Shown piece after piece: positions 25,948 to 32,000 of a stretch of DNA of 32,000 bases (positions are counted from its first letter, which is position 1; each line of letters opens with the position of its first letter). Under the pieces are notes generated by a model. It worked only from the letters and a program-made list of their open reading frames with translations, was not told where the DNA came from and did no database searches. The stretch comes from Mycolicibacterium smegmatis. GTDB taxonomy: Bacteria; Actinomycetota; Actinomycetes; Mycobacteriales; Mycobacteriaceae. Where the stretch lies: NCBI RefSeq assembly GCF_001457595.1, contig NZ_LN831039.1:4830001-4862000 (forward strand). Direction: 5' to 3'. The position numbers and the translations under genes were made by a program.

Positions 25948-26673
25948 ATGACGACAGCGATACCTCCGGTGGTCGACCTCGAGACCTGGCGCGCCGCGCT
26001 CGGCGACCTGCGCAGGCGCGAGAAGGCCGCCACCAGAGAACTCGACGCGATCGCCGCGGCGCGCAGGCGCCTGCCCATGGTTGAGCTGCCCGAGTACACG
26101 CTCGTCGGCGCCGACGGACCCGTACGGCTCGCCGACATCTTCGCCGGCCGGTCGCAACTCATCACCTATCACCACATGTGGACCGACGGTGCCGAATGGC
26201 AGTGCGGTGGATGCACGGGATACACGTCGCAGTTCACACGGCTGGATTTCCTCGACAACTACGACGCCCGGTTCGTCGTCGTCACCAACGGCCCCATCGA
26301 CGAAGCGCTGCGGTACCGCGCCAAGGTCGGCAACATGATGGAGTGGTACTCGTCGTCGGAGAGTTCGTTCGGCGCCGACGTCGACGCCGCCCCCGGCGAG
26401 GGGTTCGCGGTCAACGTGTTCCTGCGGGTGCCCGATCCCGCGGGCGATCCGGACAGCGACCCCAAGAAAGACAAGGTGTACCGGACGTGGCACACCAACG
26501 GCCGTGGCACCGAACAACTGAGCCACACCTTCGCGCTCATCGACCTGCTGCCCTACGGCCGCCAGGAGCAGTGGCAGGACTCGCCTCAGGGCTGGCCGAA
26601 GCACCCCACATACTCGGGCTGGCTCGACAGTCCCGACATCGCCCGCCTCTACGGGGAGAAGGTTCAGGCATGA
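25948..26673 (+). CDS. DUF899 thioredoxin-like family protein
   Basis: ATG 25948 has AGGAG (25938-25942) 5 nt upstream. The track start at 25894 lacks an SD. LPMVELPEYTLVGADGPVRLADIFAGRSQLITYHHMW...CGGCTG matches my memory of DUF899. 241 aa. Confidence 0.68.
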   Translation: MTTAIPPVVDLETWRAALGDLRRREKAATRELDAIAAARRRLPMVELPEYTLVGADGPVRLADIFAGRSQLITYHHMWTDGAEWQCGGCTGYTSQFTRLDFLDNYDARFVVVTNGPIDEALRYRAKVGNMMEWYSSSESSFGADVDAAPGEGFAVNVFLRVPDPAGDPDSDPKKDKVYRTWHTNGRGTEQLSHTFALIDLLPYGRQEQWQDSPQGWPKHPTYSGWLDSPDIARLYGEKVQA

Positions 26674-27140
26674 GCACCACGAAGCGTTACGTCGTCACCC
26701 GCAGGATCCACGCCGCACCGCAGGACGTGTTCCGCGTGCTGGCCGACCCGGCCCGTCACAAGGACACCGAACCGGGCGACTGGGTACGCGACGCGATCGA
26801 CCCGCAGCCCATCACGGACACCGGCCAGATCTTCGCGATCAACATGTTCCTCGAACAGGCAGGCGGCCACTACGTCATGCACAACCGGGTCACCGAGTAC
26901 GACGAGGACCGCACCATCGCATGGGAGCCGGGCCTGCTCGACGACGCGGGCAACCACTCGCCCGGCGGTTGGTTCTGGCGCTACGACCTTCAACCCGACG
27001 GGGACGCCACCGCGGTCACGCTGACCTACGACTGGACGGACACGCCGCAGAGTTTCGCCGATCAGATCGGCGGCATGCCACCGTTTCCCGAGCAGTTCAT
27101 CGCCGAGTCACTGGCCACGCTGGACCGCGCGGTGCGATAG
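26670..27140 (+). CDS. SRPBCC (START/polyketide-cyclase-like) ligand-binding protein
   Basis: ATG 26670 overlaps the DUF899 stop (ATGA, 26670-26673), with GGGGAGAAGG upstream. 156 aa. The N-terminus VTRRIHAAPQDVFRVLADPARH is typical of SRPBCC proteins. Confidence 0.7.
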   Translation: MSTTKRYVVTRRIHAAPQDVFRVLADPARHKDTEPGDWVRDAIDPQPITDTGQIFAINMFLEQAGGHYVMHNRVTEYDEDRTIAWEPGLLDDAGNHSPGGWFWRYDLQPDGDATAVTLTYDWTDTPQSFADQIGGMPPFPEQFIAESLATLDRAVR

Positions 27141-27143
27141 CGC

Positions 27144-28367
27144 TCAGATGCTGGCGTTGCCCGCGCGCCACTGCTCCCACGGGATGTTCCAGTCCCCCAG
27201 ACCGTCGGTGCCGGGAAGCAGCGAGCCGACGGTGTTGCGCACCTCGACGATGTCGCCGCGCTTGGTGTTCTCGTAGAACCAGCGTGCGTTGGCGGTGCTG
27301 ACGTTGAGGCACCCGTGGCTGACGTTGCTGTAGCCCTGGCTGCCCACCGACCACGGCGCGCCGTGGACGTAGATGCCGCTGTAGGACATCTGCGTGGCGT
27401 AGTCGACCTCGGTGCGGTATCCGTTCGGGGAGTTGACCGGAACGCCGTAGGTGGACGAATCCATCACGAGGTGTTCGTAGCGGTCGCCGATGATGTAGAC
27501 GCCGTTGTTGGTCGGCGTGCTGTTCTTGCCCATCGAGATCGGCATGGTCTTGACGACCTCGCCGTTGCGGCGCACCGTGAGCGTCTTGGTGTTGTCGTCG
27601 GCGACCGCGATGACCTCGTCACCGATCTTGAAATGGGTTTCGACGTTGTCCTGCCCGTAGAGGCCGTCGCCGAGTTCGACGCCGTAGGTGTTCACCTGTA
27701 CGTCGACCGTGGTGCCGGGCTTCCAGTACTCCGCGGGCCGCCACCGCACCTCGCGGTTGTTGAGCCAGTAGAAGGCGCCCTCGACCGGCGGCGTGGTCTT
27801 GACCGTGATGGCACGCTGCGCGGCCACCCGGTCGGAGATGTTCTCGTCGAACCGGATCGCGATCGGCTGGCCCACCCCGACGACCTCGCCGTTGTTGGGC
27901 AGCACGTACGGCATCGTCAGGTTCTGCGGCGAGTGCGTCTCGAACTGGATGCGGCGGTTGGTCACACCGCCCAGTCCGAGTGATTGCGCGACGAGTGTGT
28001 ACTGCTCGTTGTAGTCCAGCGGGTCGGTGGTCGACCACGTCAGCCCGTCGGGGCTGAGTGTGCCCGCGACGGGCGAGCCGCTCTCGTCGGTCATGCTGAC
28101 GCCGCCCAGAACTCCGTTCTCGGCGGTGACGGTCACGGGCGACTCGACGGTCACCCCCACCGCGCCGTCGGTCACCGAGGCGTTGACCCGCGGCACCAGG
28201 AGGTCACCGAAAGGCGTGCCCTTGTCGGCGATCACGGGCGCCGGACCGTCCTGTTCGTCCTTACCGCAGGCCATGAGACCGAACAGCAATGCGGGCACCA
28301 TGGCGACAACCGCCGACCGGAACAAACTCCGGCGCGGACGGATCACCGTCGTTACCTGCCCCATCAC
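27144..28367 (-). CDS. ldtB: L,D-transpeptidase lipoprotein (LdtMt2-like)
   Basis: 407 aa. Signal peptide plus lipobox-like LMAC. Two Ig-like domains precede a YkuD domain with the catalytic motif SHGCLN (Cys codon 27309-27311, residue 353). The start is GTG 28367 or ATG 28364. Confidence 0.92.
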   Translation of the reverse strand: MMGQVTTVIRPRRSLFRSAVVAMVPALLFGLMACGKDEQDGPAPVIADKGTPFGDLLVPRVNASVTDGAVGVTVESPVTVTAENGVLGGVSMTDESGSPVAGTLSPDGLTWSTTDPLDYNEQYTLVAQSLGLGGVTNRRIQFETHSPQNLTMPYVLPNNGEVVGVGQPIAIRFDENISDRVAAQRAITVKTTPPVEGAFYWLNNREVRWRPAEYWKPGTTVDVQVNTYGVELGDGLYGQDNVETHFKIGDEVIAVADDNTKTLTVRRNGEVVKTMPISMGKNSTPTNNGVYIIGDRYEHLVMDSSTYGVPVNSPNGYRTEVDYATQMSYSGIYVHGAPWSVGSQGYSNVSHGCLNVSTANARWFYENTKRGDIVEVRNTVGSLLPGTDGLGDWNIPWEQWRAGNASI

Positions 28368-28495
28368 GCTCCACCCCTTGCATACGGCTGTGCCGAACCA
28401 GTTCTTCGCACAAGTTTAATGGCAACTTCGCACCCATCCGCCGTGAGCGCTCGCACATGCTCTGGCCTGCGGATTTCACGCTTGGGCAGATGTCC

Positions 28496-28504
28496 TGTTA
28501 TTGT
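28496..28504 (+). promoter_or_regulatory. Extended -10 element (TGtTATTGT) likely driving tRNA-Lys
   Basis: TG at 28496-28497, then TATTGT at 28499-28504 (fits TANNNT). The predicted TSS near 28511 is 3 nt before the mature tRNA 5' end at 28514. No good -35 was seen. Confidence 0.45.
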
Positions 28505-28513
28505 CTTCACCGC

Positions 28514-28589
<76 letters not shown>

Positions 28590-28598
28590 CATATCGCG

Positions 28599-28632
28599 AA
28601 AGGGCGGGCCGAGTGCCCGCCCTTTTGCTTTC
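28599..28632 (+). terminator. Intrinsic terminator after tRNA-Lys
   Basis: 11-bp stem AAAGGGCGGGC (28599-28609) / GCCCGCCCTTT (28615-28625) with loop CGAGT, followed by TGCTTTCG. It also lies downstream of the convergent small ORF ending at 28686. Confidence 0.8.
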
Positions 28633-28685
28633 GTCCTGCTCTTGTGAGTCCCGACCTTTCGGTCCACCGCGTGCGCTGACGTCCC

Positions 28686-28856
28686 TCAGCCGACGCGATA
28701 TCGGTCGGAGACGCTCTGCTCGGCCTCTTCCAGGAGCATCTCGACCGCGCCCGCCAGATGCGCCGCGGCGTAGCCGCTGTCGCGGTACTGCTCGCTCTTG
28801 AAGCGGTCGAGCTCCCGCCGCAGATCGCCCAGGGTTTCGTCGCTCACATGTGCCAT
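28686..28856 (-). CDS. Small hypothetical protein, 56 aa (not in the ORF track; below its size cut-off)
   Basis: ATG 28856 has GGGAGG 4 nt upstream. Hand translation: MAHVSDETLGDLRRELDRFKSEQYRDSGYAAAHLAGAVEMLLEEAEQSVSDRYRVG, stop TGA 28686-28688. Codon-position GC is typical for this genome (GC3 about 86%, GC2 about 41%). Confidence 0.55.
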   Translation of the reverse strand: MAHVSDETLGDLRRELDRFKSEQYRDSGYAAAHLAGAVEMLLEEAEQSVSDRYRVG

Positions 28857-29555
28857 AGGACCTCCCGACCCGTGCTGAGGGACGCGCCGTCGGGCCGCGG
28901 CGACGCCGCGCCGGCAAACGCCGGCGTCAATTCGACCGCGGGAAGCGGCATGATGTCTGCGGCAAATCCGAGGAAAATTTGCTGCACGACACGTTCCCCC
29001 TGATCACACGATTCATCCGTGTTGCAACTGCGCTTGAATTGTCGATCCGCTCCCCGCACCGGACCCGCCTTCGACCTTAGCTACACAGACTGGCAGTAGC
29101 AACCGTTCGAGCGATAACAGCCGATCACCCGCGGGCCGGTCGCCGACCCCCGCACCGGCAGCGGTTCGCCCGGCACAATCGGAAAACCGCTGCGCACCAC
29201 CGAAAAACAGCTTTGCCGATGCGGCGCACCTCGCCGGGCAGTGCGGTCGGTGCCGTCAATCGCCGAGCAGACGTCGACGTCCAGCAAACGTCGCGACCCC
29301 CATCACGCCTGCGAACACGCTTCACCGGCAACCGTTACACACTCGACCGTTCCACGACGTCGGCGAACTCGGCGTGTTCGCTGGACACCCGGGTTCGAGA
29401 CAAGTTCAAGATCAACACGACCCCCTGCGGCGATCCCGCCACGGATTCCGTACCCTTTGCCCATTTGCGGTGCCGATTTCCTCCGTCATACCACGTCACC
29501 AGCACTGAAAATGTGCTGTTATCAAGATCAAACACCGAGGTCACGTGCACTTTTG

Positions 29556-29561
29556 TATAAT
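29556..29561 (+). promoter_or_regulatory. Perfect TATAAT -10 hexamer in the AT-rich island
   Basis: TATAAT at 29556-29561 lies in the lowest-GC 60 nt of the window (29521-29580, 40% GC). It points toward the 29710 ORF and the hairpin at 29907-29931. No -35 match was found. This is motif evidence only. Confidence 0.3.
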
Positions 29562-29709
29562 TACTGACGCTTACGAAAGTTACTATCCGGTTCCGAGATT
29601 CGGGACATAGCCTGGTCAGACCGCAGACATGCTGTTATTCTTAAGTTAGCTGACTTATAACGTCCAACTTCACACGCGGCGATCACGCCAGGATTCGAGG
29701 TATTAGCTG

Positions 29710-29871
29710 ATGACCACGGCAGGTAACCCGATACCCGCGGCGTCGCCCACCTCGCAGTTCGTTGCTGCCGATCAGCCGATCATGGTCTACAGCTGCAGCC
29801 GCCTCGGACGTGTCGCCAATCCTCCCAGTTTCTCGCTGGCCGGCTGGCTGCGAACCGGCCGGCGGCGCTGA
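29710..29871 (+). CDS. Questionable 53-codon ORF (MTTAGNPIPAASPTSQFVAADQPIMVYSCSRLGRVANPPSFSLAGWLRTGRRR)
   Basis: ATG 29710 with GAGG 9 nt upstream and stop TGA 29869-29871. GC3 of about 77% is the highest of the three frames. However, GC2 (66%) exceeds GC1 (60%), which is atypical for real genes here. The region could instead be non-coding RNA. Confidence 0.25.
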   Translation: MTTAGNPIPAASPTSQFVAADQPIMVYSCSRLGRVANPPSFSLAGWLRTGRRR

Positions 29872-29906
29872 CCCGCCTGCGCATTCACCGGTCCACACAG
29901 TGAAAG

Positions 29907-29931
29907 AGCCCGCCGGTGAAACCGGCGGGCT
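29907..29931. terminator. GC-rich hairpin between the convergent 29710 ORF and the DUF3618 gene (likely terminator of the minus-strand gene)
   Basis: AGCCCGCCGGT (29907-29917), loop GAA, ACCGGCGGGCT (29921-29931), giving an 11-bp perfect stem. On the minus strand it is followed by CTTTCACTG. It lies 29 nt past the stop at 29960-29962. Confidence 0.6.
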
Positions 29932-29959
29932 AACACGTTGCGAGGCGGGTCGAGGCGGA

Positions 29960-30187
29960 TCAGTGCCGCTTGATCCGGCGCACGACCACGATCACGACGA
30001 TCGCGCCCACGCCCGCGAGTGACGCCGTCACCGCGGGCTTCCTGATGAACCCCACGACTGCGGCCCTGATGTCGTCGGCGACCCGTTGCGGGTTGGCACG
30101 CTCGGCCAGCGAGTCGACAGTCAACGCCAGCCGATCGCGGGCCTCGTCGATCTCGCGCTTGATGGTCTCCGGATCGCGGTTCGCCAC
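29960..30187 (-). CDS. DUF3618-like small membrane-anchored protein (Rv2520c-like)
   Basis: GTG 30187 has GAGGAG 6 nt upstream; the track start at 30232 lacks an SD. 75 aa. An N-terminal helical region (DPETIKREIDEARDRLALTVDSLAERANP) is followed by a C-terminal TM segment (VTASLAGVGAIVVIVVV). Its position between ldtB and bcp matches M. tuberculosis. Confidence 0.7.
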   Translation of the reverse strand: MANRDPETIKREIDEARDRLALTVDSLAERANPQRVADDIRAAVVGFIRKPAVTASLAGVGAIVVIVVVRRIKRH

Positions 30188-30291
30188 TGTTTGCTCCTCT
30201 AAGCCGGTCCGTGTCGTGGTGCCCTGCCGCACTACCCTAGATCAGCCGGCACCGTTCGATCGGTACCGCCCGACGAGAAGGGATCTTGTGC

Positions 30292-30765
30292 ATGCCGCCA
30301 ACACCCCGTCTACAGGCAGGTGACACCGCACCCGCGTTCAGTCTGCCGGATGCCGACGGCAACACTGTCAGTCTCTCCGATTACCGGGGCCGAAAGGTCA
30401 TCGTGTACTTCTACCCGGCGGCATCCACCCCGGGGTGCACCAAGCAGGCCTGCGACTTCCGCGACAACCTCGCCGAACTCAACGACGCGGGCCTCGACGT
30501 CGTCGGGATCTCCCCCGACAAGCCCGAGAAGTTGGCCAAGTTCCGCGACAAGGAGGGTCTGACCTTCCCGCTGCTGTCCGACCCCGACAGGTCGGTGCTG
30601 ACGGCCTGGGGGGCGTACGGAGAAAAGACCATGTACGGCAAGACCGTTCAGGGCGTCATCCGGTCCACGTTCCTGGTCGACGAGGACGGCAAGATCGCCG
30701 TCGCGCAGTACAACGTGCGCGCCACCGGCCACGTCGCCAAACTGCGCCGCGACCTGTCGGTCTGA
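30292..30765 (+). CDS. bcp: Peroxiredoxin Bcp (thiol peroxidase)
   Basis: ATG 30292 has GAAGGGA 9 nt upstream. 157 aa. The AhpC/TSA motif FYPAASTPGCTKQAC carries the peroxidatic and resolving cysteines. Confidence 0.92.
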   Translation: MPPTPRLQAGDTAPAFSLPDADGNTVSLSDYRGRKVIVYFYPAASTPGCTKQACDFRDNLAELNDAGLDVVGISPDKPEKLAKFRDKEGLTFPLLSDPDRSVLTAWGAYGEKTMYGKTVQGVIRSTFLVDEDGKIAVAQYNVRATGHVAKLRRDLSV

Positions 30766-30776
30766 CCGCGTGACCT

Positions 30777-31784
30777 TCAGGTCTGTGTGAACAGCAGGAA
30801 GGTCAGGTACGCCAGGTAGGCCACCACCATCGCGCCGCCCTCGGCGCGATGGACGCGGCGCCCCGAGAAGAAGACCGGGATCAGCAACAGGGTCGCGACG
30901 ACCATGACGGGGATGTCGATCCACACCAGGCTCGAGTTGAGCGGCAACCCGTCCGCAGGCACCAGGCACGTGGCGCCCAGGATCAGCACGATGTTGTAGA
31001 CGCTGCTGCCCAACAGGTTTCCGATCGCGATGTCGCGCTCGCCGCGCACCGTGGAGACGATCGTCGTCACCAGTTCGGGAGCCGACGTGCCGATCGCGAC
31101 GATCGTGAGCCCGATCAGCGCGTCGGAGACCCCGAATTCGCGTGCGATACCCACAGCCCCCTCGACGAGCCAATCGGCCCCGACGACCACGACGGTGATA
31201 CCGACGATCGTCATCGCGAAATACCGTACGAGGCTTCCCGTGTCGGGCATGTCGGGTTCACGCTCTGCGGCGCCGTCGTCGCCTGCCGGCTCACCTCGGT
31301 ACGCGTACGCGTACTCGTCGACGACGTCCCGGCTCTCGACCCGCGCCGAGCGCACCACCACCACGGTGTACGCGACCGCGGCACACAGCAGGATCACGCC
31401 GTCGACGCGCGACAGCGTCCCGTCGATGCACAGCACCCAGAACAGCACCGCTGCCACTGCCATCACGGGCAGATCGAGACGCAACGTGCGCCGCTGAATC
31501 GCCAAGGGCCGCAACAGTGCACTGAGCCCGAGGATGAACAGCAGGTTCACGGTGTTGGTGCCCGCGATGTTGCCGACCGCGAGCGCACCGCTACCCTCGG
31601 TGGCCGCCGTCACGCCCACGGCCAGTTCGGGCAGACTCGTCCCGATAGACACCACCGTCATACCGACGACGATGGGGCTGATACCCATTCGCGACGCCAT
31701 CTGGGCACCACCGCGAACCATCACCTCTGACCCGAACGCCAGGGCGAGCAGGCCCGCCACGAACCAGGCAGCGCTGCCCAGCAC
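30777..31784 (-). CDS. CaCA-family cation/Ca2+ antiporter (YrbG-like)
   Basis: 335 aa with about 10 TM segments. The two alpha-repeats are GTSLPELAV...GNIAGTN and GTSAPELV...GNLLGSSVYN. GTG start at 31784, 6 nt after the upstream stop. Confidence 0.85.
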   Translation of the reverse strand: MLGSAAWFVAGLLALAFGSEVMVRGGAQMASRMGISPIVVGMTVVSIGTSLPELAVGVTAATEGSGALAVGNIAGTNTVNLLFILGLSALLRPLAIQRRTLRLDLPVMAVAAVLFWVLCIDGTLSRVDGVILLCAAVAYTVVVVRSARVESRDVVDEYAYAYRGEPAGDDGAAEREPDMPDTGSLVRYFAMTIVGITVVVVGADWLVEGAVGIAREFGVSDALIGLTIVAIGTSAPELVTTIVSTVRGERDIAIGNLLGSSVYNIVLILGATCLVPADGLPLNSSLVWIDIPVMVVATLLLIPVFFSGRRVHRAEGGAMVVAYLAYLTFLLFTQT

Positions 31785-31790
31785 GGTCCG

Positions 31791-32000
31791 TCAGCGGCCG
31801 AGCGCGTCGAGCAGCAACGCCTCCGCGGTCGCGGCCTTCTCGAACACCCCGAGGTGCAGGCTCTCGTTGATGCTGTGGGCTTGTGTGCCCGGATCTTCCA
31901 CACCGGTCACCAGGATCGTCGCGTCCGGGAACGCCGCGGCGAACTCCGCGATGAACGGGATCGACCCGCCCATCCCCATGTCCACGGGTTCGTGGCCCCA
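31791..32000 (-). CDS. M20-family (dipeptidase-like) metallopeptidase, 3' end only; the gene continues past the window
   Basis: The frame is open to nt 32000. The C-terminal sequence GGSIPFIAEFAAAFPDATILVTGVEDPGTQAHSINESLHLGVFEKA is typical of M20 dipeptidases. The Rv2522c-like position next to bcp fits. Confidence 0.65.
   Translation of the reverse strand, partial: WGHEPVDMGMGGSIPFIAEFAAAFPDATILVTGVEDPGTQAHSINESLHLGVFEKAATAEALLLDALGR

Noticed and set aside
29385-29402. CCGGGTTCGAGAC resembles the tRNA-Lys T-arm CGGGGTTCGAAAC (11 of 13), a possible degenerate att repeat.
   Set aside because: It is too short and imperfect. No integrase or other mobile-element gene lies between it and the tRNA, and a match of this size is expected by chance in GC-rich DNA.
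29213-29560. 115-aa plus-strand ORF and 71-aa minus-strand ORF (29335-29550) in the tRNA-downstream region.
   Set aside because: The two share wobble positions, so their equal GC3 of about 70% cannot discriminate between them. Neither has an SD or leaderless -10 geometry. The plus-strand product is R/S/T-rich. The minus-strand product looks more protein-like, but I cannot support it. They are left uncalled and worth a homology search only.

Overview
This is a high-GC (about 66-68% by eye) actinobacterial chromosome segment, almost certainly Mycobacterium/Mycolicibacterium. No database search was possible, so all family calls rest on motifs read from the translations and on remembered locus organisation. 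Positions 1-24966 form one large cell-envelope glycolipid cluster of the trehalose-lipooligosaccharide (LOS) type. It contains a 5'-truncated Mas-like iterative type I PKS (KS-AT-DH-ER-KR-ACP, no TE), a PapA-type acyltransferase and two paralogous HxxxDG acyltransferases. It also holds a fatty-acyl-AMP ligase (FadD), three glycosyltransferases (GT2, a second GT-A-like enzyme, GT1) and two tandem, nearly identical pyruvyl transferases. Two SAM methyltransferases, a Gap/Sap-like membrane protein, a secreted PE-PPE-domain serine hydrolase with a long charged tail, and an MmpL transporter complete the set. Gene content resembles the pks5/LOS locus of M. smegmatis and the Rv1517-Rv1528c region of M. 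tuberculosis. Positions 25000-32000 are housekeeping-like: an SDR, a translationally coupled DUF899/SRPBCC pair, L,D-transpeptidase LdtB, tRNA-Lys(CTT) with a clean terminator, a DUF3618 protein, Bcp peroxiredoxin, a CaCA antiporter and the 3' end of an M20 peptidase. This part looks syntenic with Rv2518c-Rv2522c. Between the tRNA and the DUF3618 gene lies about 1.3 kb with no long convincing ORF. It contains a well-supported unlisted 56-codon gene and a sharp AT-rich island (about 48% GC, locally 40%) with a perfect TATAAT box, repeated TTAGCTGA half-palindromes and a questionable 53-codon ORF. The most striking sequence-level signal is the mosaic tandem duplication of the pyruvyl transferase genes: about 865 nt with only 2 substitutions and one codon indel, interrupted by a 122-nt patch that is strongly diverged. 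No transposase, integrase, CRISPR array or rRNA was seen. The many long antisense ORFs in the track are high-GC artefacts.
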